From Octopus sinensis (taxonomy: Eukaryota): a stretch of DNA of 64,000 bases. The DNA lies in the NCBI RefSeq assembly GCF_006345805.1, contig NC_043000.1, positions 19,778,001-19,842,000 on the forward strand, read 5' to 3'. A program made the translations under genes and the position numbers. How positions within the stretch are numbered: the first letter of the stretch is position 1; every line of letters starts with the position of its first letter. Shown here one piece after another: positions 38,482 to 52,588 of the stretch. Under the pieces are notes generated by a model, which was given only the letters and a program-made list of their open reading frames with translations, was not told the origin of the DNA and did not search any database.

Positions 38482-38886
38482 ATTAAGGAGGCAAGCTGGC
38501 AGAAACGTTAGCACACCGGGCGAAATGCTTAGCGATATTACGTCTGCCGCTACATTCTGAGTTCAAATTCCGCCAAGGTCGACTTTGCCTTTCATCCTTT
38601 CGGGGTCGATAAATTAAGTACCAGTTACACACTGGGGTCGATGTAATCAACTTAATCTGTTTGTTGTCCTTGTTTGTCCCCTCTGTGTTTAGCCCCTGGT
38701 GGGTAGTAAAGAAATAGGTATTTCTTCAGTCTTTATGATCTGAGTTCAAATTCCACTGAGGTTGACTTTGCCTTTCATCCTTTCAGGGTCGATAAATTAA
38801 GTACCAGTCATGTACTGGGGTCGATTTAATTGACTGGTCCCCTCCCAAAAAATTTTGAGCTTTGTGCCTAGAGTAGAAAAGAAAAG
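38482..38886 (+). mobile_element. Dimeric SINE family B
   Basis: Two central domains inside one 14-bp TSD AATATGAATATTAA (38468-38481 and 38887-38900). Confidence 0.88.
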
Positions 38887-39290
38887 AATATGAATATTAA
38901 CTCCACCATTCTGCCTTTTCAGCCAGCCTGCTCTTAAGACTTGGATAATAATACATCTAGTAATTATTGTTATACTTGGGGATGGTCATACTTTGCCAAT
39001 TAAATTCATGTCTATATATTTGGCCTTCACTTCAGCTTTACAATTATTATTTTAGTTTCTTTGTCCTTTAACATCTAGTACTATTATCTATCTTCTCGCC
39101 TACAAGCCCTATGAGTATTTGAACACAAAACCAAACTAAAAAGTAACTAAAAACTGATCAATTGTGCAGATAAGGATAGTAAAATATGACTTGCTATACA
39201 TAAAAAAACATGAGTTCACATATCTGAGACAATGCCACAAATACACTTAGACATTCAAGACTACATCACAGGTAACATTTTTATATGTCA

Positions 39291-39642
39291 CTAGCAGTTA
39301 AGCCCGGTTTCACCCGGTCTGTTTGGATGATGTGGGTGTGATCATTTTTGGTTAGGTATAATCTATAACAGAGTTTCTCAACTTTATCATTTCGGATCCC
39401 CTGTTTCAATTGGAGCCTCCAACTGTATGAAAATTTCTTCCCCCACCCCTGTCAGAAAACAGCTTCAGATCGATTTTCTCAGTAAGTGTGGGTGCTAGGG
39501 AAAAAATACAAACTGCATTCCAATCTATGCACCCGTCTCCACAAGTGTGCCATTTTTCACGCGCATCCACCCAACCATTTGGCTGTGAACCTCAAGACAA
39601 GAAAGAATACAATGCTCACCCATGTCCAATTTATATTATAGA
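39291..39642 (-). mobile_element. Non-autonomous Helitron-like element (second family)
   Basis: On minus: A^TCTATAATAT ... CCGGGTGAAACCGGG hairpin ... CTAG^T. Confidence 0.72.
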
Positions 39643-39761
39643 TACCTCTTTCTAGATAGCATGCTGCCCTGTCTCAGATAACAATTCCAATCCAAGCTAA
39701 CTGAACTGAAGAAATAAAAAATGTATGTTCTTGAGATACTCAAATGAGAGATGCATCTTCT

Positions 39762-40147
39762 GGATGGAAACACTCCGTCGGTTACGACGACAAGGGTTCC
39801 GGTTGATCCGATCAACGGAACAGCCTGCTCGTGAAATTAACGTGTAAGTGGCTGAGCATTCCACAGACACGTGTACCCTTAACGTAGTTCTCGGGGATAT
39901 TCAGCGTGACACAGAGAGTGACAAGGCCGGCCCTTTGAAATACAGGTACAACAGAAACAGGAAGTAAGAGTGAGAGAATGTTGTGGTGAAAGAGTACAGC
40001 AGGGATCACCACCATCCCTGCCGGAGCCTCATGGAGCTTTAGGTGTTTTCGCTCAATAAACACTCACAACGCTCGGTCTGGGAATCGAAACCGCGATCCT
40101 ACGACCGCGAGTCCGCTGCCCTAACCACTGGGCCATTGCGCCTCCAC
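39762..40147 (-). mobile_element. tRNA-Arg-like SINE family C, full length
   Basis: Head GGAGGCGCAATGGCCCAGTGGTTAGGGCAGCGGACTCGCGG; 13-bp TSD AGATGCATCTTCT at 39749-39761 and 40148-40160. Confidence 0.9.
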
Positions 40148-41631
40148 AGATGCATCTTCTACTCAATAGGACACTGACCTATCTCATGTGAAATATTTCT
40201 AGGTGATCTGGTACATTTTTATGACAAAAGCTAGCTAAGCTGAGCACTTGAAGAATATAGGTACTGACCAAATACACTGTGATAGAGTAATAAATACCTT
40301 CCTGGGTATAACATGAAACTGTTACAGGTAACATTGGAAAGATGATCTGGTACATATAACTGCCGACAGCTAAATGAACAAAGGTAACATTTTGTTCCAG
40401 TACCACATGTAGACACCAATGATGATCTATGAAACACTTAGTCCCACATATGCATTCAGGTATGGTTTATCTACTATAATTTTGCTTTGCAAGTATGGAA
40501 CTTTGGGTTTGGTTGCACTGTAAAAGAATCAGTGTGAAAGCCCAATGGACGGATCATAACTATTCCTGAGTATCTGACTTAATCCATCACTCAGTTTAAC
40601 ACCACCCTTTGGGTACCATTTGCAGAGTTCACTCTGTTGCAAGCATGTGTCCTTGATCTCCCATCTAAGAACAACTTCCTTGATTTCTTATCAGTCAGTC
40701 TCTGAAAAGGGTCATAGGAAGTGCTCTCCAGCCTCAGACTAAGCCATTCACAAAAAATGGTTTGTTGGTTTCACTGTCTGCATATATGTGTGTTTGCATA
40801 TGTACATGAGTGTATGTATGCACATACATCTGTTTGCCTATATGTATACATATGGTGCTGGTATCACATAAAATGTACCCGTGCCGGTGCTGCGTAAAAC
40901 ACCCAGTGCACTTTGTAAAGGGGTTGGTGTTAGGAAGGGCATTCAGCCATAGAAACCATGCCAAATCAGACAAGGAGCCTAACCAGCCTTTCAGTTGGTT
41001 AGTTCCTGTCAAACTGTCCATCCCATGCCAACATGGAAAACAAACTTTAAGTAATGATGATGATGATGTATGTATGTATGTATGTATGTATCACATCTAC
41101 TTGATTGTATCACCTCTACCATACAACCATAGCTTAATTCTAGATTCCATAGAATGATAGAGCTGAAAGACAACTCACTTTTGATGCTCAGATGACCAGT
41201 ATATCCTATTATAACCCCTAGAATGATATTTATGAATATCAAGTACTATGCATATCAATGTGGTAGTTTCAGATGTTCACACACACACTCTATTTAAGTT
41301 GACACAATTGCCATAGCTCTGGAGTTTCCCTTGTATGTAGCCACTTAACTGGATTGAGCCTACTTTTGTCTGAAAAACCAACTACATGCTGAGAAAACCC
41401 CAGAGTTACAAGTCACAGGATCAATTTACATAAACTACTTCATTTTACTACAATCCTGAGTATTTTTTCCTGTTCAATAAACCAATATATATATACACAC
41501 ACACACACACATGTATATATATATATGTATATATACATATATATGCATATACATATACATATATATACACATGTATATATATACATATATACATATACAC
41601 ATGTATATATATACATATACACATATATATA

Positions 41632-41992
41632 CGATGCTGGAGCACCACCTTGAATGAAGCAGCCCCAGTACTTATTTTTAAGCCTGGTACTTATTTTATT
41701 GGTCTCTTTTACCAAACCACTAAGTTATGGGGATGTAAACACACCAACACTAGTTGTGAAGTGGTAATGGGGGAAAAAACACAGACACACATCGATACAT
41801 ATATACATACATATATATATATATATATATATGACAGGCTTCTTTCAGTTTCTATCTACCAAATCCACTCACAAAGCTTTGGTCAGTCCAAGCCTGTAGT
41901 AGAAGACACATGCCCAAGGTGCCACACAGGGAGACTGAGTCCAGGACCATGTGGTTGGTACACAAGCTACTTACCACACAGCCACTCTTGCA
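41632..41992 (-). mobile_element. SINE family A
   Basis: Diverged copy. Confidence 0.8.
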
Positions 41993-42759
41993 TCTATGTT
42001 CAACTTTTTTTTAAAAATCAATGATCTTACATAAATAAATTATCATCAGCAGAATTCTTAGAGCATCTGAATGCCTTGTAATATTTCTCCCAACACAAGT
42101 TAGTGAGCTGGCAGAATCATTAGCACGCCGGACAAGATACTTAGCTGCATTTTGTCTCTTTTTATGTTCTCAGTTCAAATTCCACCAAGGTCAGCTTTGC
42201 CTTTCATTCCTTTCAGGCTCAATAAAATAAGTAGCAGTTGAGTACTGGGGTCAATGTAATCAACTTATCCCCGCTTCCAAAATTGCTGGCCTTGTGCTGA
42301 AACTTGAAACCATTATGTCTTCCAACCTAGCTTCAAATCCTATCAAGGTCAACTTCAGCTTTCATCCTTTCAGAGTCAACAAAAAAGTACCAATCCAGAG
42401 TGATAGGCTGATACTGCAGTAAGAATGTCAGACTAGACATCATGTGATATTTGTTTCTGCTTGTTAAATTCTGGGTTCAAATCCCACCATGGCCCACATG
42501 GATAGTAAGTTAATCTATTGCTCAGTGTAATACTATCACCATATGGTACCTCAGATGTCTTTAACAAGGTTCACTCAGCTACAAGCATTAAGAGTAAGGT
42601 CACAGGTTTGAGGATAACTTCCTTTCTTCCAATTGTTTTGGAGACCCTGTAAAAGGTAATGAGAGATGCCTTCCCTCCTGAGCTTTAGCTAAAAAAAATT
42701 AATGGCAATAATTATACAATAACAACTAGTTATTGCAATTGTTTGCATGCAATCTTGTA

Positions 42760-43326
42760 TTGGGTTGTCTGAAAAGTTTGTGCCGATTTATAATAGCTTA
42801 CCTTTCGACTTATTTTAGAACATGGTTGAGTCCATAAAATAGGATTTGACTACACCTCCATTTAGAGCACAGTTTAAGCTATCTTTTCGTGGAAGAAGGT
42901 TTTTGTTCCTATAACCTGTGTTAATTCTGTAACCCTTTAAAATGGAAGATAAGAAAGTTCATTTTCAGCACTTGATGCTTTGGGAACCAGACAGAAATTG
43001 CTGCAGCTTGGCTGGGATGTGCTACCCCACTCTCCATATTCACCAGATACTGCTCCTTTGGATTTCCACTTACTCAAGGTCTCTGCAGAATAGTCTTAAT
43101 GGTAAAAATTTCAATTCCTTGGATGACGTAAAAAGATACCTTGATGAATTCTTTGCCATGAAACCAGCTCAATTCTAAGAAGAGGGTATTTGCAAGTTAA
43201 AGGAAAGATGGGGACGCATTGTACAACAAAATGGTTCATATTTGGTTGATTAAAAATGTAATGGCAAGTATTTATTGACCTTTTTCTTTCCTTTAAAAAT
43301 CGGCACGAACTTTCTGGACAACCCAA
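42760..43326 (+). mobile_element. Mariner internal-deletion derivative with both TIRs
   Basis: TA|TTGGGTTGTCTGAAAAGTTTGTGCCGATTT ... AAATCGGCACGAACTTTCTGGACAACCCAA|TA; MEDKKVHFQHLMLWE joined near 42986 to LGWDVLPHSPYSPDTAPLDFHL. Confidence 0.93.
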
Positions 43327-43399
43327 TACAAAGAATTCACCCAACTTTTTTATATTTTGTATACTTCCCATAACAGTGTACTATTTGAATTATCAAGAC

Positions 43400-43850
43400 A
43401 TATTGTTTCCAAATTTTGGCACCAGGCCAACAAGTACAGGATAGGGGGTAAGTCAACTGTATCAACCCCAGTGCTCAACTGGTACTTATTTCATTGATCC
43501 TAAAAGGATGTAAGGCAAAGTGGACATCAGTGGTATTTGAATTCAGAATGTAAAGACAGACAAAAAGCCACAAAGCATTTTATCTGGTGTGTTAACGATT
43601 CTGCTAGATTGGCACCTTTTTATCAAGAAATATCGGTTTCAAATTTTGGCACAAGGCCAGCAAGTTCAGGGGAGAGAGTAAGTTGATTACATCGACCCCA
43701 GTGCTCAACTGGGACTTATTTTATCAACCCTGAAATAATGAAGGGCGAAGTGGACCTTGGTGGAATTTGGACTCAGAATGTAAAGACAGATGAAATGCTG
43801 CAAAGCTTTTTGCCAGTCATGTTAATGATTCTGCCAGCTCACCACCTTAT
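43400..43850 (-). mobile_element. Two tandem SINE B variant copies
   Basis: Repeated AAATTTTGGCAC..CAGTGCTCAACT..GGAATTTG.ACTCAGAATGTAAAGACAGA units. Further copies at about 38250-38445, 42105-42400, 58075-58285 and 60950-61345. Confidence 0.8.
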
Positions 43851-44084
43851 TGTGAAGAAATATTACCAAAAGATATTATGGAGTTTAAGGAAGAGCTGGA
43901 AAGTAATTAACAATAACAGGTGCAAATAATTGTGTGGTTATGAAGCTTGCTTCCCAACTATATAGTCTTGAATTCAATTTCACTGCATGGCAGTTTGAGC
44001 ATCATCTACTTATCCCTAGGCTGACCAAAGCTTTGTGAGTGGATATGGTGGACTGAAACTGAAAGAAGCCCATAGTATCCATCA

Positions 44085-44121
<37 letters not shown>

Positions 44122-44159
44122 ACATGCAAGTATATTTGGGTGTTTGCATGAACTCTTGT

Positions 44160-45000
44160 CATGATATCATTTGATGAATGAAAACAAGTATCACTATCAC
44201 GTAAACTATGAAGTTGGTATTGCAAACCAGTAAGTCATTTGCATCACAAAATTTGTTCCCGTCTCATCTTTCATAATCTCCAAGGACACCATGAGATCTG
44301 TCAGAATGCCACTGAAGTCCCTTGCCATGATGCAAATGCCATTGTCTTTTGTTGTTGAGGTAGTCTGCAGAAAGGATTCATAGAAATGGTCCTTCTGAAT
44401 ATCTGCAAGTCCAGCATGTGGAACATATACAGAAATAAATGACATTGTTATATTAGCATTAAAAACTCAAACAAAATATTCTACCAATTTTATGCTCAAA
44501 CTGGTCAGGTCTAAACTCTTAAACCTATATTACAATGTCATTCTAAAAATAACAATCACATCATCAAAATCTCATGATTAATTCAAAACAATGTAAACGA
44601 ATAAGTATTGCATTTAACTGAATAATCTGAATACTATAAGGTTAAACAAAACTTCCCTTAGCTTAATAATCCTATCACATATCCTGACTACCTCAGTCAC
44701 CTTATTCACCCATTTCTCAGCCAGAAGAATATCTACAACACCTAAACTATTACTGCTGCCCACCCAGAGAAACATGCATCTACGTCACTTGCCTTCAGGC
44801 AGTCTAGCTGAGGATCCCCTCCATCATACCTCTTGCTCACTGCACACATCTACATGCTCCCACTCAAATATTTCAATAATCTCACCGGACCTACCTTTCT
44901 TTGAGCCAACATTGATTGTGGCTGCTATGAGCTTGTGGACCTGGCAAGCCTGGGGAGGAAGTTAGAGGGATGTTTTCAGCATCTCGGAAGATCTTTGCTG
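44160..45000 (-). mobile_element. RTE LINE AP-endonuclease fragment, split by a MITE
   Basis: NVGSKKGRSGEII..VDVCSEQEV*WRG..ICDRIIKLR (44650-44915) resumes as MSFISVYVPHAG..KDHFYE..RDFSG..CDANDLLVCNTNF (44160-44447). Confidence 0.8.
44448..44645. mobile_element. TTAA-type MITE inserted in the RTE fragment
   Basis: AT-rich ~200-bp insert ending GGTTAA that interrupts an otherwise contiguous endonuclease frame. Confidence 0.55.
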
Positions 45001-46231
45001 TTGCTTGCCTGGAGGCAGTGGGCTCTTGAGCTAAGTGTAAGCAGGTACTAATTGCAGCTTGAATTGCAGTTGCAATTTCAACTTCCTTCGGTTATATAAA
45101 GCCTTTGTGTGTATGCAATTGCTATGGTGTGTATGTGGGGGGGGGGGGATTAGATAAGGTTGAGGAAGGGGAAGAAGTCTTTTCATTATTATTCAAGTAA
45201 CAATTAATTTTTGGCAATGCAGAAGGAACTGAGCTCACTGCGATAATATATACTGTTAAATTATCATCAACATAACAGTGTAGATATATATACATAAACA
45301 CATACATGAACAATGTATTACACACAGAAACATGTATGTGGGGCCCACAGGATAGTTATAAGCATACATGCACCCATATAACAACACACATAAAACAATT
45401 CACAGACTGTAATTTTGTCATCTGCAACACACACACACATAACTATGTGCTCCCTACCAAATTCACAGATTGCAATATTGTCATCTGCAATATCTATTTA
45501 TCTATCTGTCTATCTATACATACATACATAACAGGTCATTAAGAATGAAATGTCCGATGCACATGCTCATATGTGAACAGATATAAACAAACATAGACAA
45601 GCATCAAATGTGCACATGCACTCGAACTTCCTTCACAAAGGTGGCAATGAGTTGTAGTGAGATTCAATTGAGATTACACGACTAGATGGCCCCTCAATGA
45701 AAATTTGACAGAAATTGAAGTTACTTGCATATTGACAGAGGACCCCTATAACTAGTACCTATAAGAGAAAGAGAGTGATAGATAGAGACATGTCCATGGT
45801 ATAAAAGAGAGGTGATATTATTACTCTCCTTGGCCATCTAGCCATGCAATCTTGATGATGATGATGATGATGATGTAAGGGTTAACAGTTCTTTCATCCC
45901 TCTCTCACCTATTTTCAATATATGCACGTGTGTGTGCATGTATGTATACATATATATATATATCATCATCATCATCGTTTAACGTCCGTTTTCCATGCTA
46001 GCATGGGTTGGACGGTTCAACTGGGGTCTGGGAAGCCAGAAGGCTGCGCCAGGCCCAGTCTGATCTGGCAGTGTTTCTACAGCTGGATGCCCTTCCTAAC
46101 GCCAACCACTCCGTGAGTGTAGTGGGTGCTTTTTACGTGCCAGATGAGGCTGGCAACGGCCACAATCGGATGGTGCTTTTTACGTGCCACCGGCACGGAG
46201 GCCAGTCGGGGCGGTGCTGGCAACGGCCACG

Positions 46232-46284
<53 letters not shown>

Positions 46285-46915
46285 GGAGACAGATACAAAC
46301 TCACACACACACATATATACATATGATTTTATGTGTCTGCATTTAGGCATGCATGTTGTGTACGTCTATGTATGTTTACATTTCAAAGACCAATGTCAAT
46401 CCAGGATGTAATTATTTTTTTATTTCATTTCCTCTCACTCTTTGTTCTGTACATATATCCCTGCTTTTACACATACAACTGCAAATGCAAACACACTCTC
46501 ACAGAAACTCATTCTTTCTGTCTGTTTCTCTCTCTCTCACTTTCTCCTTGAGGAAAGACTGGTAGTGTAGTGTGAGTTAAGCAATCATTCTGCTTTTAAA
46601 AGGAATCATATCATGACAAAGGTTGTTGGTGTGATATGTAATGGGGAGAAGGACTGACATTATAGTGTTGTCACACACAAATATTAAACTGTATATCTGT
46701 ACATATGTGTGTGTGTGTGCATGTGTGTGTGGGCACAATATATAATATATATATATATATACATATATATATACATATATATATACACATACATATATAA
46801 TACATATATATATATATATACATATATATACACACATATATATATATATATACATATATATATACAAATATATATACATATATATATACAAATATATATA
46901 CATATATATATACAA

Positions 46916-46976
<61 letters not shown>

Positions 46977-46979
46977 TAG

Positions 46980-47012
<33 letters not shown>

Positions 47013-47078
47013 TTATCTATTTATCAATCTCTCTCTCTCTATATATATATATATAGGGAGGAATTACAAAAAAAAAAA

Positions 47079-47110
<32 letters not shown>

Positions 47111-48253
47111 CACACACACACACAAACACAAAGGTAAAAACAGCAAACATATCCCCATGCAGATCAAACATTTACAATATACATATACTCAGATACACAG
47201 TCATATAAACTTACAATTTGCACATACACACCCAATTAAAATTCTACTCTTAAATTTCTAAGAAACAAATCTCCCCTTCTTTTTCTCTCCCCCTCTCCTT
47301 GACACCTATGCCTTCTACTCTTCCTTCTTCAACCTCACCTTTTCTTTCCACTGTTTATGCAATTACTAGTTGTCACTCAATCTACCCCACCTTGCACCCA
47401 CGTAATCTTTTTTTATTACCTTTCTACCTCCTACCCATTCCCAAAATTTTGATTAAATGAACACCACCTCCTTCTCCCTTGCCACTATGTCTCCTCCCTC
47501 CCCTCCTTACACAGCTACCAAACAATTCTTCATCACTTCCTTTTTGCCTCAAAATAACAAAAAGACAACTTTCGTTTTCTACATGTCAATCTATACACAT
47601 GCACACACACTCATTAAATTATTTTCATCATCATCGTCATCATCGTTTAACGTCCGTTTTCCATGCTAGCATTGGTTGGATGGTTCGACCAGGATCTAGG
47701 AAGCCAGAAGGCTGCATCAGGCTCCAGTCTGATCTGGCAGTGTTTCTACAGCTGGATGCTCTTCCTAACGCCAACCACTCCATGAGTGTAGTGGGTGCTT
47801 TTTTACTTGCCACGGGCACAGGTGCCAGGTGAGGCTGGCAATGGCCACGATTGGATTGGTGCAATTTACGTGCCACCGGCACGGAAGCCAGTCAAGGTGG
47901 CGCTGGCATCGGCCAGATAAATACAATGTTGTCTACATAGTATATGTTATGCATCCACTATGCAAAAATCTATTAATAGATCAATATGCCTTCCTGTAGA
48001 GGCAGGTGTTAGATTTGTTGGAACCAGGGTACACTCAGTGGTCAGAAGTCTTGGACTAGTGACAAGAGAGAGAAAAGACATTGCTGGAATTGTCAAAAGC
48101 TACTGAGAAAGCAAGCCATTACATTTGGCTAGAGAGCGAGGGCTAGAGAGAGAGAAAGTGGGGTGATGCAGCAAAAATGAGCATTGAGGATGGTAGAAAT
48201 AGCTGGCCCAGAGTTGCAACATCTGACTCAGCACACAAATATTTGCTCTAAAT

Positions 48254-49034
48254 CAGTGGTTCTCAAGTGCAGGCATGTGGCTTAGTGGTTAGGGGTGTTG
48301 GACTCATGATTGTAAGATTGTAGTTTCAGTTCCTGGACAGGGTGATGCATTGTGTTCTTGAGCGAAACACTTCATTTTATGTTACACCAGTCCACTCAGC
48401 TGACAAAAATGAGTCATCCTGCGACAGACTGGCATCCTGTCCAGGTGGGGAATTTATACATCATGAAACCAGCCCTTATGAATCGATATGACTCAAGAAG
48501 GTAACTTTACCATTTTAGCAGAGGCACATGGCTTAGTGGTTAGGGTGTTAGACTCATGATCATAAGATTGTAGTTTCAATTCCTGGACCAGGTGACTCAT
48601 TGTGTTCTTGAGCAAAACACTTCATTTCATGTTTCACTAATCCACTCAGCTCACAAAAATAAGTCATCCTGCAACGGACCAGCGTCTCATCCAGGTGGGG
48701 AATTTAGGTGCCATGAAACTGGGAAAGTGGTCTTTGTGGTTTGGAATGACTCAAAAAGGTAACTTTACTTTTTTTTATTTTAGTGGTTTTCAACCATTCT
48801 TTTAGTTGTAGACCCCTTTCATTCTTATTTTACTCAGGTGGGCCCACACAGCCATTCAATGTTTAAAAAATCCTACTGTACTTTTATAAGCATATATTAT
48901 TAGAAACTGGATTAAAATATTGTTAAATATTTTGTGTGCCGTAGAAGTATAACCAATTTATTGCACATAAATTTTAGCAACAAAATCTTATATGGACCCC
49001 CAAGGGTCATAAGGACCCCTGTTGAGAATCACTG
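48254..49034. mobile_element. hAT (Charlie-like) MITE carrying a SINE dimer
   Basis: TIRs CAGTGGTTCTCAA / TTGAGAATCACTG; 8-bp TSD CTCTAAAT at 48246-48253 and 49035-49042. Confidence 0.85.
48267..48781 (+). mobile_element. Tandem pair of tRNA-head SINEs (family D)
   Basis: Two GGCTTAGTGGTTAGGG..TGTGTTCTTGAGCAAAACAC units; flanked by AGTGGTT(C/T)TCAA at 48255-48266 and 48782-48793. Confidence 0.85.
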
Positions 49035-49435
49035 CTCTAAATGGAATGAAATTGGTTAGATTGTGAGATACAATAGAGTGCCAGACTAAATGTTGTGTGA
49101 TATTTATATCTCTTTACAGTCCATATATAAATCCCACAAGGATTAACTGAATTCATCTTACAGAGTTTATCATCATCATCATTGTTGTACTATCCAATTT
49201 TCCATGCTTACGTGAATCAAATGGAATTCGTTGAGCTGGATGCCCTTCCTATCACCAACCCTCATCTGTTTCCAAGAAAGGTATTATCTACCCTTGGCTG
49301 GATATGTCTTTACACATGACAATGACACTTGCTTACAACTATCATGAGATGCTAAGACACACATACATTATATATATATATATTAAATATAATATATATA
49401 TACATATATAAATATAAATATATATATATAAATGG

Positions 49436-49467
<32 letters not shown>

Positions 49468-50083
49468 ATATATATATGGCAGGCTTCTTTCAGTTTCCAC
49501 CTACAAAATCTACTTGCAAGACTTAGGTTGACCCAGAGTTATAATAGAAGACACCTGCCCAAAGTGACAAATACTGGGGCTGAACCTGAAACTGTGTAGT
49601 TAAGAATTATACTTTCTAACCCACACAGCCATGCCTGCATATGATAAAAACAAACAGTAATCACGTTTTGGAGGCTGTAAACACTGTTGTCATTAACTGC
49701 TGACATTGCTGTGTAAAGGCCAAACCCACTTTGAGCAGATTTTTGGCTTTTACCAATATTCTAGGAGTATATTGATCAATGTGTATTACATAAGGAAACA
49801 GGTAGAGTCCAATGGCTAAGGAATATCAGACAAATAAGGCTTTACATTGTAGTAGCCATTATACAGTGCTGGTACCAACTGATAGGCAGTAAAACATTAT
49901 CCTACAACCCAGTTCACAGCTCACAGTAGAGGTCATTATACAGCAATGAAATAGTAGACCCACAAACGTTCTTTTTTTTTTACATGACTGAATCAGAGGA
50001 GAAAAAGAAGCACTTGTGACCCTTTTCAGGGAAATGATAGGAGTAAGGGATGAAGTTATCAGCAGACTGGAGGCTTGCAAAAG

Positions 50084-50485
50084 AGCCATAGGTGTGGCTG
50101 TGTAATTAAGAATCTTGCTTTCCAACCATGTGGTCTTGGGTTCAGCCCCACTGCACAATACCTTCCACAAGTGTCTTCTATACAATAGAACTCCCCAGGT
50201 CAAGTAAAGTCTTGTGAATGGATTTGATTGACATAAAGTGAAAGAAACCTATTACGAGTACATGTGTGTGTGTGTGAGCGTGTGTGTGTAAGTTGTGTTT
50301 GTCTCCCACAACTACTTGACAACCGCTGTTGGTTTGTTTATGTCCCTGTAACTTATCGGTTTGGCAAAAGAAACCAACAGAATAAATACCATATTTAAAA
50401 ATAAGTAGTGTGGTTAATTTGTTCAACTAAACCTTTCAAGATGATGCTCCAGCATGGCTACAGTCCAATGACTGAAAAAAAGTGG
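50084..50485 (+). mobile_element. SINE family A
   Basis: Diverged copy. Confidence 0.75.
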
Positions 50486-50599
50486 GACAAAAGATGAGAT
50501 CAGAACCACCAGGTTTAAGAGCCACCACAATTCTATAAGTTCAACAGTTGCAGTTTTTACTGTCAGAACCGTTGTGTATTGAAGGTTAAATGAGATGAG

Positions 50600-50946
50600 T
50601 GGAGGCGCAATGGCCCAGTGGTTAGGGCAGCGGACTCTCGCGGTCGTAGGATCGCGATTTCAATTCCCAGACCGGGCGTTGTGAGTGTTTATTGAGCGAA
50701 AACACCTAAAGCTCCACGAGGCTCCAACTTTCTCTCACTCTTACTTCCTATTTCTGTTGTACCTGTATTTCAAAGGGCCGGCCTTGTCACTCTCTGTGTC
50801 ACGCTGAATATCCCCGAGAACTACGTTAAGGGTACACATGTCTGTGGAGTGCTCAGCCACTTACACGTTAATTTCACGAGCAGGCTGTTCCGTTGATCGG
50901 ATCAACCGGAACCCTCATCATCGTAACCGACGGAGTGCTTCCATCC
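50600..50946 (+). mobile_element. SINE family C with internal deletion
   Basis: 12-bp TSD AAATGAGATGAG at 50588-50599 and 50947-50958. Confidence 0.9.
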
Positions 50947-51731
50947 AAATGAGATGAGACAAATTAAAAGCTAAGCTAAGCCGAGACTTCCTCTGAGAAC
51001 TGAAGAAATACATGCAAGATATGAGCAGTACTTACTTGATAATGAAGAGAAAAAAAACCTAAGGCATGTCTAAGCTTGAAGCTAGAAACTATTCTATTGA
51101 AACTAACAAATTAATTACACCAGCCTGGTGTTTTGTTGCAGCACTACTGGTACCACTACCGTCAACATAATAGCAATCATCTCCTAAAGTAAGTATATTA
51201 ATGACTGATCAAACTATGGAGGTAATTTCTACCATTCACCACCTATTAACAGATCAAGTAACTACATTTCCCTTTCTGTGTGTGCATACACGTGTGTATA
51301 TGTGTGTATATATACAATTAGATACATACATACATACACACATACGTACACACACACACACACACACATATATACATATTGACGATGATATATACATGGA
51401 CACACACACACACGCATGCACACATACATATTGATGATATATACACACTCACACACATACAAATACACATGTACCCACTCCATTATTATATGTGTATAGA
51501 TTACACTTAACAACAACAATAACAATTAACAATGATTTCTTAATGACAACAATAATGATAATGGTTTTTTGGTTTCAGAAAAAAATGTTCTAATGTTCTT
51601 TATCTTGTATGTGTATATACATAAATTGCACATGTTAGGATGTGTGCATGCAAATGTATGTATGTGTATACATATGTGTGTGTGTGTATACATACATACA
51701 TATATATGTTTTATATATATATATATTTATA

Positions 51732-52570
51732 CAGGGAGCAGTGAATAAATTGTCATCTAAATTACGCAAAAATGAAAATAACAGGGCAGCACTACCCCCT
51801 CCAGGTACTTAATGTAAGCCTCCATGTTGAGTCTGAGGCTGTGTGGGAAGATGAATGGCAGCATAACATCACCATCACTAGTGATCACTCCAAATACTAG
51901 GATGTTGACTGGATGTTTGATTTTTATCACTCTCGGTACATGTTTTGGGGACAGGGCAAGCCAACGGTTGTTTTGTGTGTTCACCGTCTTATACTGACAG
52001 AATTTTTTCTCATCTGAGAAAAACCAAAGCATGTTCGGTTGGAGGGGATGCTTGAGTTTGTTCAAAAGCTTCATAGCATAGTCTTTCCTCTTGTCCTTGA
52101 TAGCTTGGAATAAAAATTGGCCCTTTCTCATCTTGTACGAGGAATACCGAATGTCTTCATGCACTACTTCCCTGATAAGAAACTCAGACACTCCCATGTC
52201 TCTGGCAATGGACCTGATTGACTTGGCGGGATCATTGTCAATCATGGCCTAGATGTCACCAACAAATTCAGGAGTTCTTTTCTTATCAGAATGATCAGAG
52301 TGAGTTTCATAATCACCTTTAGATTTATCTAACTCTTTCTGAATCCTCTGCACTGTCCTCAGATTGACACCCAAACACTCTGAAATGTTTGTATTGACTC
52401 TTCCAGCATCAATGCCAAGCAGTACAGTATGTCATTTTCAAATTTCTGGCAGAGGAATTGCATCATTGTGCTGTTTTTCTCAGACAGTGCCCAACTAACC
52501 CTACTATACTGTGTAGCCAATAAATTAAAAAACAATGAACAAATGGCAACAATTTACCTGTCGCACCCTG
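51732..52570 (-). mobile_element. Tc1/mariner superfamily element (maT/DD37D-like), transposase truncated before the second Asp
   Basis: TA-flanked CAGGG-ended degenerate TIRs; HTH region, then SIRSIARDMGVS..WFFSDEKKF..NTQNNRW..KHPVNILVFGVITSDGDVMLPFIF (ORF 51757-52245). Confidence 0.85.
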
Positions 52571-52588
52571 TATATATGTATGTGTGTG

